From an uncultured virus (IMG/VR IMGVR_UViG_3300020049_015491) (taxonomy: Duplodnaviria; Heunggongvirae; Uroviricota; Caudoviricetes), in the IMG/VR virus record IMGVR_UViG_3300020049_015491: a DNA stretch of 64,000 bases; one strand, 5' to 3'. The notes under the pieces were generated by a model. The model worked only from the letters and a program-made list of their open reading frames with translations. It did not search any database and was not told where the DNA came from. Shown in pieces: positions 1 through 9,242 of this stretch (its first letter is position 1; the number at the start of each line of letters is the position of its first letter). The translations under genes were made by a program, and so were the position numbers.

Positions 1-1
1 A

Positions 2-271
2 TTGAACATGGCAAATGTAGCGAAAAAGAAAGAATACAAATTGGCAGCAAAACAAAAAGCTGCAGAGAAACTAGAAGAAGAATACTCAGACACGGTTCGC
101 GATTCTCTGCTTTTCGAGGAAACTGCCAGAGTCAGAGCGGGTTAGACGGTAAAGGCAAAATTTACCACAGCAGTCACATTCATTACAAACAACAATACGT
201 GGCTGAATGACTTGATAAGTCAAATCAAAGCCTGCACGACTTGGAACCAACTTAGTAAGATTTCGATATAG
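2..271 (+). pseudogene. Window-edge ORF interrupted by an in-frame TAG at 143-145; C-terminus resembles phage tail-fibre-assembly (DUF4376-like) ends
   Basis: Manual translation MANVAKKKEY...RVRAG*TVKAKF...LISQIKACTTWNQLSKISI*; the frame stays protein-like after the TAG. Confidence 0.4.
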
Positions 272-274
272 ACT

Positions 275-312
275 GGAAAGCTGGTCTAATCCAGCTTCCG
301 TTCCACTTTTAT
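275..312 (+). terminator. Hairpin plus T-tract after the first ORF
   Basis: GGAAAGCTGG...CCAGCTTCC imperfect inverted repeat followed by CACTTTT. Confidence 0.4.
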
Positions 313-1562
313 GAAGACGGGGTGTAGGGGGCAGAGAAAACCAAGGACTTTAGTCCTTGGATGAATCGTGCCCCACTGTTATGCAAAAACTATAAATACA
401 TTCAACCACATAACAATATCTATGCTAAAAGCGTACAAGTTCAGAATCTATCCAACCAAGTCCCAAAGGACGGCAATGGAGAAGACCCTGGACTTGTGTC
501 GCTGGACCTATAATCAAACATTGGCATATCGAAAGAACGCCTTTGAACAAGAAGGTAAATCCGTTTCGAAGTATGAAACTCACAACCTGCTCCCGGCTTG
601 GAAAGAAGAGAAACCAGAACTCAATGAAGTCTTTTCTCAAGTTCTTCAGAACGTCCAAGAACGGGTAGACCTAGGCTTGAAAGCGTTTTTCCGAAGGGTG
701 AAAGCGGGTGAGAACCCTGGATATCCTAGATTCAGAGGGCGGAACTGGTATGACTCATTCACCTATCCTCAGAAGGGATTCAAACTCGATTCTGGCAAGC
801 TCCATCTCTCCAAGATTGGAGATATCAAGATCAAACTCCATCGCCAAATCGATGGTAATATCAAACGTTTGACCATTCGAAGGGCGGCAACTGGTAAATG
901 GTTTGCTGCTTTCTCAGTTGAACTTGAAGATCAACCTAAGCCACCCTGGAAAGATGGATCTCTGGTAGGGATAGATGTCGGGCTTTCTAGTTTTGCCACT
1001 CTTTCCAATGGTGAAAAGATCGCCAATCCAAGATTCTTCAGAGAAGAAGAACAAGAGCTTGCCAGGGTCCAAAGAAAACTCTCCAAAGCTCCTAAAGGAT
1101 CTCTTGACAGAAGGGTCGCTCTTAAAGTAGTTGCAAGAGTCCATGAACGAATAGCTAACAAGCGATATGAATTTGCTCATCAGGTTAGCCGTGATTTGGT
1201 TGACCGTTTCGGCTTAATAGCATTTGAAGATCTGAATATAACTAATATGCTTCAAAACCACAACTTAGCTAAATCCATCTCGGATGTAGCCTGGAACATG
1301 CTGGTGACTTTAACATCCTACAAAGCTGAAAATGCTGGTTCGATAGTGGTCCTAGTAGACCCAAGGAATACGTCTAAGATGTGCTCAAGGTGTGGTATCA
1401 TAGTTGAAAAAACATTGGCCGACCGTGTCCACAATTGCTCTCAATGCGGGCTATCGCTTGACCGAGACTGGAACGCGGCCATAAACATTCTCCGTCTGGG
1501 ACTACAGACGGTCGGCATTGAAGCCGTAGAAGCCCAGGTGCTTTAGCCCTGGGAGTAGTCAC
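313..1562 (+). mobile_element. IS200/IS605-family element, TnpB-only (IS1341-like)
   Basis: Left-end hairpin CCAAGGAC-TTTA-GTCCTTGG (341-360) preceded by guide AAAA, predicting target TTAT (309-312). Right-end hairpin with guide GAAG ends in TCAC at 1562. Confidence 0.9.
422..1546 (+). CDS. tnpB: TnpB RNA-guided nuclease
   Basis: AYKFRIYP N-terminus, RuvC motifs GIDVG / FEDL / DRDWNAA, CxxC...CxxC zinc ribbon; start moved to ATG 422. Confidence 0.95.
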   Translation: MLKAYKFRIYPTKSQRTAMEKTLDLCRWTYNQTLAYRKNAFEQEGKSVSKYETHNLLPAWKEEKPELNEVFSQVLQNVQERVDLGLKAFFRRVKAGENPGYPRFRGRNWYDSFTYPQKGFKLDSGKLHLSKIGDIKIKLHRQIDGNIKRLTIRRAATGKWFAAFSVELEDQPKPPWKDGSLVGIDVGLSSFATLSNGEKIANPRFFREEEQELARVQRKLSKAPKGSLDRRVALKVVARVHERIANKRYEFAHQVSRDLVDRFGLIAFEDLNITNMLQNHNLAKSISDVAWNMLVTLTSYKAENAGSIVVLVDPRNTSKMCSRCGIIVEKTLADRVHNCSQCGLSLDRDWNAAINILRLGLQTVGIEAVEAQVL

Positions 1563-1571
1563 AGAGCTGCC

Positions 1572-2702
1572 TTAAGGCAACTCTCCCCAGCCTTTTCCCC
1601 ACAGATCGCTCAGCCTGCCGAAATATCGATCATACTTTACAGCACAAACTTCCGTGCTAAATCGACTTACGGCCCATTGCCGACATGTTCTTGGTTTTAT
1701 GCGCTCAATGTTTCGAACTGCATTTACGAACTCCTTAAGCACCATACATCTGAATCCAACATGCTCTGGCACGGTTTCCGTGTAACAGCCAAAGTCCGTG
1801 GTGATCACCGGCGTTCCGCTCATCAGAGCCTCTGCTGTAACCCCCTCGAAGGGGCCTATGTAGAGCGTAGACGAGAAAAGACCTTTAGCTCGTGATAATA
1901 GTTCCAACTTCTCCTTTTCGTCTACATAGCCTATATATTCCACATTAGGCGAAGTCAGCTTTACGTCTTCGCCGGGTTGCCCAGCCAGGATGAGATGGCT
2001 GTTAGTGGCCTCGCAGGCTTGGATTGCAATATCAATGCCCTTCCGATGGGCGATTCTGCAATTCATAAAGAAGAAATCTTCCTTGTCTTCTCTGAACTTA
2101 TAATGCCCAGGATGATAGAAATTGGGAATCACATCATCATAGAAGTCACCATTCACGAATCTCTTACTTTGAGTCCATGCCTTGTAGATCCCATAGACGT
2201 AGTGTCTCCAGGCGTTGGATTCGAAGACCCGATGGGTGTTCATGAGAATGCCATCGTAGCCTATTCCCGATTCCACCAGCCAGGGCCATCCATTGGCCAC
2301 TTCGACGCCCCCCTGGCTGACGGGCTTGCAAATATCCTCATAGTAATTTCCCATAGGATTGCACAGGATATCGTTTTTCCCGACACGACTCCCAATCTCC
2401 CGAATTGCATTTTTTCGAAAAATCGTGTAAGCTGGATCGTTTTTTCCATGTTCAAAAAACTTAGCTGAGAACTTATCCAGTGGGCCATATATCCGATTTC
2501 TCTCTTCCTCGGTTAAGACGACAATATTCTCCTTGCAGGCTATCTTCGAGCCCTCCACCCCGTAGAAATATATGTCGTAGCCGATACCTGTCATCATATC
2601 GCAAAAGCGCTTAATCTTCTGAGAATAAGCACATGCGAACATTGGATCAGCAGCCACGGTTGGCAAATGAGCCAACCCCAGTACATGCAGTTTATTCTTC
2701 AT
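1572..2702 (-). CDS. Glycosyltransferase, GT4/GT-B fold
   Basis: RIAHRKG and FEGVTAEALMSGTPVITTDFG motifs. Confidence 0.85.
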   Translation of the reverse strand: MKNKLHVLGLAHLPTVAADPMFACAYSQKIKRFCDMMTGIGYDIYFYGVEGSKIACKENIVVLTEEERNRIYGPLDKFSAKFFEHGKNDPAYTIFRKNAIREIGSRVGKNDILCNPMGNYYEDICKPVSQGGVEVANGWPWLVESGIGYDGILMNTHRVFESNAWRHYVYGIYKAWTQSKRFVNGDFYDDVIPNFYHPGHYKFREDKEDFFFMNCRIAHRKGIDIAIQACEATNSHLILAGQPGEDVKLTSPNVEYIGYVDEKEKLELLSRAKGLFSSTLYIGPFEGVTAEALMSGTPVITTDFGCYTETVPEHVGFRCMVLKEFVNAVRNIERIKPRTCRQWAVSRFSTEVCAVKYDRYFGRLSDLWGKGWGELP

Positions 2703-3915
2703 CTTAACACCTCAGCAGCGGAGACCCCATCCTTTAGGGTGGGGAGGAGCTGCGTACGATAACTATATATCCTTTGAAGATAATCTTCAATGGAATGCTT
2801 CAAACCTTGATGGTGAAACTCGACCCCTCTCCAGAGCAACATAAGATGCTCTGTGAAACAATGAAGAGGTTTAACGAGGCTTGCAACCACATAGCAGAGA
2901 CGGTTTTCTCTTTGCATAGCGCCAACAAGGTTGAAATCCATAAGACAGTTTACTATCCCGTCAGAGAGCATTTTGGCCTCTCGTCCCAGCTCACTATCAG
3001 AGCCATCTCCAAGGTCTGCGAAGCCTATAAGAGGGACAAGTCCATCAAACCAGAGTTTCGGCTTGATGGCGCCATCGTTTACGATCAAAGAATCCTCTCT
3101 TGGAAGGGACTTGAGAAAGTTTCTCTGGTTACTCTTCAAGGCAGACAAACTATTCCTGTTCGCTTCGGGGAGTATCAAAAGGCTAGATTGGATAGGATCA
3201 GAGGTCAAACCGACCTGATCCTCGTCAAAGGGGTGTTCTACCTCTGCGTTGTAGTTGAAGTTCCTGAAGCATCTCCTTATGATCCCAAAGGAGTTCTTGG
3301 CGTAGATCTCGGTATCAAGAACTTGGCAGTAGACAGCGATGGCGAGGTGCATTCTGGTGAGAAAATCCAGAATGTCAGATCCAAGTCGGATCTTCTTAAG
3401 GCCAAGCTTCAAAGTGTTGGGACCAAATCGGCTAAAAGGCATCTCAAGAAACTGTCTGGCAGAATGGCGAGGCTCGCTAGGGATACTAACCATTGTATCT
3501 CCAAGACTCTGATTATGAAGGCTAAAGACACTCTGTCCTTGATCTCCCTCGAAGATCTTGAGGGTATTCGAAATATGACAGAGAGAACGGTTAAGAAGTC
3601 TCAGAGACATAACCATAGTTCTTGGAGTTTCAACCAGCTTAGAGAGTTCGTGACCTATAAGGCTACCATAGCTGGTGTTCCTTTGGTCTACATCGACCCT
3701 GCATATACCTCTCAGGAATGTCCTATTTGCCATTGTATCTCCAAATCTAACCGTCCTACAAGGGATGAATTTTGTTGTACCTGTTGTGGCTTCTCTGGTC
3801 CAGCAGACAACGTTGCAGCTCTGAATATCAGAGCAAGGGTAGAAGTCAACCTACCCATCGTGGCGCGATTTTTTGCGCAGCCGCAAGCCGCGTCCTTTAG
3901 GGCGCGGTAGTTGAC
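2703..3915 (+). mobile_element. IS200/IS605-family element, TnpB-only
   Basis: Left-end hairpin CCCCATCC-TTTA-GGGTGGGG with guide GAGA predicts target TCAT (2699-2702). Right-end hairpin CCGCGTCC-TTTA-GGGCGCGG with guide CAAG ends in TGAC at 3915. Confidence 0.85.
2795..3910 (+). CDS. tnpB: TnpB (Cas12f-related clade) nuclease
   Basis: GVDLG / LEDL / ADNVAALN RuvC motifs, YTSQECPIC...CTCC zinc ribbon. Confidence 0.92.
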   Translation: MLQTLMVKLDPSPEQHKMLCETMKRFNEACNHIAETVFSLHSANKVEIHKTVYYPVREHFGLSSQLTIRAISKVCEAYKRDKSIKPEFRLDGAIVYDQRILSWKGLEKVSLVTLQGRQTIPVRFGEYQKARLDRIRGQTDLILVKGVFYLCVVVEVPEASPYDPKGVLGVDLGIKNLAVDSDGEVHSGEKIQNVRSKSDLLKAKLQSVGTKSAKRHLKKLSGRMARLARDTNHCISKTLIMKAKDTLSLISLEDLEGIRNMTERTVKKSQRHNHSSWSFNQLREFVTYKATIAGVPLVYIDPAYTSQECPICHCISKSNRPTRDEFCCTCCGFSGPADNVAALNIRARVEVNLPIVARFFAQPQAASFRAR

Positions 3916-3936
3916 GTCCTCTCCAGAACCATCAGA

Positions 3937-5484
3937 TTATTTACCAGCCATCCCTTTTATTCTTGCCGTGTCAATAGATTTTCTTATTCTTGACATGATA
4001 TCTTCCGCCCAGGGCTTAGATGACTGTTGTGTGTCCTTAATTACTTTAATTGGAACTGCAACCTCTTTTCGTCTGCCCTTAACCTGCACTATGGCCAACT
4101 GGGTCCGAAGACGCCCAAAGGGATGGTTGTAATCATCTATTTCATCGGATATCTGAACGTCGTATTTTTCACAATCAATAGCATCTACGACTGCCTTTAC
4201 GCCGATGAAGGACATTTCTGAGAAGTAATCGTCGAATACCACGATTGTGTTCGCATGGCTCATCTCCCTGGCCAGCTCCCAGTCCTTTGCGACGGTTTCA
4301 ACAGCATGGCCGCCATCAATGAAGATCAAATCCATTTTTGGCCAACCATTTTCATTTTGCAGTATTTCAGCCGTGAGATCCGTGGAGTTAGCCGCTATCA
4401 GGTTGATATTGGCAGACGTTTCTTGGTTTAGAGTTTTTTGAACAGCACTTTTCTTGGGAGGCACGAATCCGCCAGTAAACTCTTTATTCCACAGCGCTGA
4501 AGTCCCGGTTTCAAAGAGATCGATACCATGATAGTTGATTAGTCCAGCATGCTTTTCATTAGCCACCTGAATCATGCCGATTGCAGTCTGTCCAAAGGAT
4601 GTCCCGATCTCCATGATATTCCGAATATGCGAATTTCCAGCAATCTGGAACAGCTTTCGATAATGCTGGCCTCGTTGCTTAAGATATCCCTCAACATCCC
4701 AGGGAAGCTTAACGTTCCAGTCTGGTTCCGGTAAGATGTCTCGAATGATTCTGGCCAGGAGTGACTTACTACCCCGAACAAAATTGGCATCTATCTTTTC
4801 GAACATGGGTGAAGCCTTAGCATAGAGGTGAATAATCGCTGTATTTTCCGGAAGCTTCAGATCTGGGTTCTCCTGGTACACTTGAGCTATTTCATTGCCT
4901 CCAAATGGGTTGAACACCTCATGCTCTGGAGCTGTGAAGTAGGCAGGACATGTTTGAGATAGCCCAACTATGCTCAACAATATCGGCCCCGACATCCCCC
5001 AAACCATGTCAGGCATGTTGAACAGGGCATCAGAAAACCGATTCATGAGCTTGATCGTTTCAGCTTCCTTATGCGCCAGTATCACTGCATTATTGAATGG
5101 AAATGCAGTATCATCTGGAGTCTTTACATCCAGAGATGCAACCACTCCCTCGTGACCCTCATACCAGTGAGATATGTCTCTGATGCTGATGGTATCCATA
5201 TCAAGTACAGCACCACCATATTCTTGCAGAATTTTCCACTGCATGAAATCCTTCAGGTGTGCTAGTTTGAAGGGCTCACTCTTATTCTGCAAAGCGGGGA
5301 GCTTCGGATCATCAAAATGTTTCACGGTTACGAACCCTGAAATTTTATCCCAATATGGTCCGGTAGGCTCTTCCATGGTCCAAAAAAACACTTCATCGGA
5401 ATCGTGTGTCATTAAACCAGAGAGCACAGAGATCATATGGAGATAGTGAAAATCAGATGAAGTACTTATGAAATGAAGAATCAT
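3937..5484 (-). CDS. DxD glycosyltransferase (GT32-like) fused to a class I SAM methyltransferase (Methyltransf_24-like)
   Basis: YGGAVLDMDT, NNAVI and GPILL in the N-half; MEIGTSFG, DLIFIDGGH and VFDDY in the C-half. Confidence 0.8.
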   Translation of the reverse strand: MILHFISTSSDFHYLHMISVLSGLMTHDSDEVFFWTMEEPTGPYWDKISGFVTVKHFDDPKLPALQNKSEPFKLAHLKDFMQWKILQEYGGAVLDMDTISIRDISHWYEGHEGVVASLDVKTPDDTAFPFNNAVILAHKEAETIKLMNRFSDALFNMPDMVWGMSGPILLSIVGLSQTCPAYFTAPEHEVFNPFGGNEIAQVYQENPDLKLPENTAIIHLYAKASPMFEKIDANFVRGSKSLLARIIRDILPEPDWNVKLPWDVEGYLKQRGQHYRKLFQIAGNSHIRNIMEIGTSFGQTAIGMIQVANEKHAGLINYHGIDLFETGTSALWNKEFTGGFVPPKKSAVQKTLNQETSANINLIAANSTDLTAEILQNENGWPKMDLIFIDGGHAVETVAKDWELAREMSHANTIVVFDDYFSEMSFIGVKAVVDAIDCEKYDVQISDEIDDYNHPFGRLRTQLAIVQVKGRRKEVAVPIKVIKDTQQSSKPWAEDIMSRIRKSIDTARIKGMAGK

Positions 5485-5525
5485 ATTTACACCTCTCGTT
5501 TTTCGAAAAAAAAAGACTGAGAACC

Positions 5526-5759
5526 CTACTCAGGATTCTCCGGTGATATGTCGCAAATAACAACATCACCCAGCTTAGTAGTTCCCAAAACGTCCTCCAG
5601 GCCATCCTTGTCAGGGCCTTCGACCTTCAGAGTGATTTTGGTATCATCAATCACCGCAGTTGCAGATACGACATAGACCATCTTTTTCTTCCCACTGCTC
5701 AACAACTTGACCGGCTTAGGGCCACTGGTGGTTACAGTCAGTTCGACCGTGGAATCCAC
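5526..5759 (-). CDS. Hypothetical protein
   Basis: Overlaps the end of the upstream gene; T-tract follows the stop. Confidence 0.6.
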   Translation of the reverse strand: MDSTVELTVTTSGPKPVKLLSSGKKKMVYVVSATAVIDDTKITLKVEGPDKDGLEDVLGTTKLGDVVICDISPENPE

Positions 5760-6217
5760 TCCGTCCCGACCTTCTCCACCATTGGGAAGTTGACCACAGC
5801 AGGCATCCAGTCCGGGTCACTGTCTTTCTTGGGTCTCTGTCCTCTGGAGCCTCTGAACATGTGGACTTTGATCTCAATCACTCCTTTCTTTCCGACCTTC
5901 CTCCTGACCCCAGTCTCTCTCAGACGGATATCAATCACGCCGGCATTGGCTGCCTTCAGGGCGGCCTGCCTGGGGGCGTGGCCAGTGTACCGTCCAATAT
6001 CGCAATTATCGACATCCATCAGCATGAATACCCGGAACTTTTTCTCTGGATCGGCTTTGGCCGGCTTCACGGCTTTACCAGCTTTGCCAGCTTTGCCAGG
6101 CTTGGTAGCCTTGGCAGCTCTGGCGGTTGCAGTCGCTTTGACGGGGGGCTTAGAAGCTGTCGGCTTGGCAACAGCTACCTTATCGGTCTTGATGATTTTC
6201 TTTTCAGTTTTTCTCAT
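5738..6217 (-). CDS. MC1-family chromosomal protein with Lys/Ala/Pro-rich N-terminal tail
   Basis: GRYTGHAPRQAALKAAN...IRLRETG...KVHMF...PDWMP...VEK matches the MC1 signature; GGAGG SD before ATG 6217. Confidence 0.88.
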   Translation of the reverse strand: MRKTEKKIIKTDKVAVAKPTASKPPVKATATARAAKATKPGKAGKAGKAVKPAKADPEKKFRVFMLMDVDNCDIGRYTGHAPRQAALKAANAGVIDIRLRETGVRRKVGKKGVIEIKVHMFRGSRGQRPKKDSDPDWMPAVVNFPMVEKVGTEWIPRSN

Positions 6218-6253
6218 GTTAACCTCCTGTGATACTGATAACATTTATTCCGA

Positions 6254-7669
6254 CTAAGAAGTTGGCTGAGATTCTGTCAGCCACTTCTTTATCCTAACTC
6301 CGGCATCGGGGGTTAGAGTGAGGTAGGGCTCATCAGCGAATACCCGAGTTCTATCCTTGGTAACTTGAGCCGCGTGACTGGACTGGTCTACTTCCATCGC
6401 TATTGATACCTCATATTCCAGCCCGTCTCTGAAGACGATACCCATGCCGACCTTTTTCGGGGTCATGCCCTTATCAGTTTGGTTGAGCACATACTCCGTC
6501 TTCGACCTGGCCGTGAGGATTACGTGCATGTCGCAAGTCATGATACGCTCAATGAGTTTCGCATGCAGCGGAGTCACATCCTTCCAGGCGGTATAGGAGT
6601 TGCCTGTTCTGCTGGCAGCCGTTATCTTAGTGTGCAAGTCCAACAGGCCGCCTTCCGCCGTCCAGGCATGGGACAGGGAGTCAATAATCAGGCATTCGAT
6701 TCCAGCTTTCTCAGCCATCTCAATGGCCTTGGTGTACCTGGCCACGGTGTACGGGGCGCTCAGGACGATGGTCTGATATTGACCAATCTTCACGCCATCG
6801 ACATCGGTCCCGACATACAGAGATCCGGACCTGTTTTCAGTGTCAATGATCAGAATCTTTGACCAATCTCCGGTTAAACCGAATGCGGTTAACAGAGCAC
6901 CCAACGTTTTACCGCCACCAGATGGTGAGCTGATCAGCATCTTGATGAAAGCCATCTCTCTTCTGGCTGGCACGATGGCCAGCTCTCCGTCATCTGGCAC
7001 AGGTGTCGGGGCGGGCCGAGAGGGCGGGGCGGCCTTGGCCGGCGCGGCGGTGGGCCTGGCTGGAGCAACCACTGGGGGTTTAGCTGGGGCAATTTGGGCG
7101 GCTTTGGCCTTCTCCTGATTTATGAATGCCTGGGTCCCAGGCACGGCCAATGGGGGCTTAGCTGGGGCAGTCTCAGTTATGACCTCTTTCTTGGCGGGCT
7201 TCTCTGGCTTAGTGAAGTGCTTAGGTGGAGCATTGGAAGGCTTGGGGCATACCCTGCCCATATCATCGACTTCCTCCTCCTCAACTGGCACCGGATCAGG
7301 CTCAACGGGGGCATCCGGGGGAGCTGCTTCCACCGTCTTCTTTGCCACCGGGGGCTTGGCCGGGGCAGCAGCCTTGGCAGGCCTGGCTGGCGGAGCTTCA
7401 GGTTCGTCAGGCTCTTCCTTATAAGCCTCCAGGGCCTTTTTCAACGCAGCGCTGAAGTGCTTCTTGATCTTGATCAGCGCAGTTATCTGGTCATCATTGT
7501 CATCATCCAATGGCTCAACCTTCCTCAATGTAAGCTGTCCATCGCCCACGATATTGAATCCGATCTGGCCATACTGGGTTACGATAAGTCCTATCTCATC
7601 CTCAATCTGTGCTTCGTAGCTGAATTTTTCAGCGTACTCTTTCAGAAATTCCTCTAAAAATGGTTGCAT
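6254..7669 (-). CDS. AAA_24/Sak4-like P-loop ATPase with long Pro/Ala-rich N-terminal region
   Basis: Walker A SPSGGGKT, IDTENRS, Walker B IIDSLSHAW, C-terminal KDRT. Confidence 0.8.
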   Translation of the reverse strand: MQPFLEEFLKEYAEKFSYEAQIEDEIGLIVTQYGQIGFNIVGDGQLTLRKVEPLDDDNDDQITALIKIKKHFSAALKKALEAYKEEPDEPEAPPARPAKAAAPAKPPVAKKTVEAAPPDAPVEPDPVPVEEEEVDDMGRVCPKPSNAPPKHFTKPEKPAKKEVITETAPAKPPLAVPGTQAFINQEKAKAAQIAPAKPPVVAPARPTAAPAKAAPPSRPAPTPVPDDGELAIVPARREMAFIKMLISSPSGGGKTLGALLTAFGLTGDWSKILIIDTENRSGSLYVGTDVDGVKIGQYQTIVLSAPYTVARYTKAIEMAEKAGIECLIIDSLSHAWTAEGGLLDLHTKITAASRTGNSYTAWKDVTPLHAKLIERIMTCDMHVILTARSKTEYVLNQTDKGMTPKKVGMGIVFRDGLEYEVSIAMEVDQSSHAAQVTKDRTRVFADEPYLTLTPDAGVRIKKWLTESQPTS

Positions 7670-7675
7670 AGGTCC

Positions 7676-7933
7676 TCACTTTATGTATGGGTCAATTACA
7701 AGAGCTGTAGCCCTTGCATGATCTGCACTCATGTTGAACACTACCTGGGCGGCCTGGTGCTTTCCGGCACGAACTCCCAGGCAGAACGCTCTCTGTTCAC
7801 CTTCAGTCATGTCATTCAGGAGAATGCGTTCATAGTCCTCAGCAGACTCTTTACTGTTGGCCAACTGTTGCATTTTCTTCTCGATCCATTCCTCATCAAC
7901 ATCTATAGATGCTTCAGGTTCCGGGGGTGTCAT
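7676..7933 (-). CDS. Hypothetical protein
   Basis: GAGGTGA SD upstream; operon context. Confidence 0.6.
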   Translation of the reverse strand: MTPPEPEASIDVDEEWIEKKMQQLANSKESAEDYERILLNDMTEGEQRAFCLGVRAGKHQAAQVVFNMSADHARATALVIDPYIK

Positions 7934-8507
7934 TTGGCTTATCACCTCTCAGGATGTTGTCGATCATCTGAATAGTTTGCATGCCGAAATTGACGGAGTT
8001 CTGTTCTCTGCTCCTGAATTCCGAGAGGATATTGGCCATGATGCTTCTTTGAAGGAACACGCCGCGAAGGATGCCCAGCCTCTCCTCATGCGACAAATCA
8101 GACCACTGAGATATGATGTCATCGATGCTCTCAGCACCCCTTACGGCCTGTGTATACTCACCGACACAGGCATCGAAATCCTGGCGGCTGATACCCAGAA
8201 CTCGGATGATGATGCTATCGGAATCAAGGTATTTCCTGGCTTCCTCAATGAACTGAGTGAATTTCTTGCCCGGAGACACCATATCGTCTTTCTCAGTCAG
8301 CACCTCGGCAGCCAACATCAGATTGACGTAGCCATTGGCATGCTGTTCCATCAGGTCAGAGTCCTCTTTGGTAGCTGGTTGGCCGGTGAAAAGCATCACA
8401 GCCATCCTGGCCTTGGGAATCTTGAACTCTTTTGGGACGGAGAACAGTTTATGCATTGGTATCTTGTCATCATACATGCTGGCAATTAGATCTTTAATCT
8501 CTTTCAT
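7914..8507 (-). CDS. Hypothetical protein
   Basis: 197-aa ORF with SD, downstream of a promoter. Confidence 0.7.
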   Translation of the reverse strand: MKEIKDLIASMYDDKIPMHKLFSVPKEFKIPKARMAVMLFTGQPATKEDSDLMEQHANGYVNLMLAAEVLTEKDDMVSPGKKFTQFIEEARKYLDSDSIIIRVLGISRQDFDACVGEYTQAVRGAESIDDIISQWSDLSHEERLGILRGVFLQRSIMANILSEFRSREQNSVNFGMQTIQMIDNILRGDKPNDTPGT

Positions 8508-8556
8508 GCAACCTCACCCAATATTTTTACTACATTTACGTCTTGCGTTTTCCTGG

Positions 8557-8570
8557 TATTTAAACTTTTT
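8557..8570 (-). promoter_or_regulatory. Archaeal BRE-TATA promoter
   Basis: AAAAAG-TTTAAATA on the minus strand about 50 bp upstream of ATG 8507. Confidence 0.6.
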
Positions 8571-8576
8571 TCTACG

Positions 8577-8744
8577 TTAGAACGCTATCGTTTCCTCGCG
8601 ATCAACGTATTCAAAACTCTTGCTGTACTGTTTCCAACCGCGTCCAGCGGCCATTTTGTCAGCAAATTTGAAGCCGACTTCTGCGTTCTCAAAATCACCT
8701 ACCTGATACGTTTTTCCGTCATGGATAATTGTAACGTGAATCAT
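8577..8744 (-). CDS. Small hypothetical protein (55 aa, not in ORF track)
   Basis: MIHVTIIHDGKTYQ...; ATGA overlap with the upstream stop; GGAGG SD. Confidence 0.55.
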   Translation of the reverse strand: MIHVTIIHDGKTYQVGDFENAEVGFKFADKMAAGRGWKQYSKSFEYVDREETIAF

Positions 8745-8932
8745 ACTTCCTCCGGTGGCTCATTTTCGACCTTAGTATGCTCGCCCATCCTGATTTGCAT
8801 TTCTGGGCAATTTTTCAAGAATTCTAGTATAAATTCGCGATCTTCAAGACGAGATGCAAGTTTATTCGCAACCCTTGCCATTGTCGCGTCATCCCCCCAG
8901 GGGAGATCAATGTAAAATTCAATTCGCCTCAT
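8741..8932 (-). CDS. Small hypothetical protein
   Basis: ATGA-coupled to the upstream gene. Confidence 0.55.
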   Translation of the reverse strand: MRRIEFYIDLPWGDDATMARVANKLASRLEDREFILEFLKNCPEMQIRMGEHTKVENEPPEEV

Positions 8933-9210
8933 TGAGACCTCAGCCATTCGTTGAAGGAAGTTGGTTGTAAATTTAATTTTTTTTGTTTATTTAAGTAGCT
9001 GCGGAACTTTTTAGCATGCTGTTCAATCCATTCCTTTCCTGGATAAGGCCCCCATTCCTTGATGCATTCCGGCCCCACGCCCCTGGCAAAGGAAAGCTCA
9101 TCAGTAAGTTGTTTCCCACAGTAGATGCAATGGGTTTTACCATTTCCCAGCGCTTTAAATCCTGGAAAACCTGGCATTACCCGCCCATTTTTAATGAATA
9201 CTCTGCCCAT
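8929..9210 (-). CDS. DUF6011-like zinc-finger protein
   Basis: CIYCGKQLTDELSFARGVGPEC motif. Confidence 0.75.
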   Translation of the reverse strand: MGRVFIKNGRVMPGFPGFKALGNGKTHCIYCGKQLTDELSFARGVGPECIKEWGPYPGKEWIEQHAKKFRSYLNKQKKLNLQPTSFNEWLRSQ

Positions 9211-9242
9211 AAATCATCATCTCCAAATACTACGAAAAAAGA

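Noticed and set aside
2704..2708. TTAAC as the target site of IS element 2 (and of element 4)
   Set aside because: Inconsistent with the guide-pairing rule that fits the other ends; TCAT and TTAA fit instead
2699..3733. 344-aa minus-strand ORF
   Set aside because: Antisense shadow of tnpB
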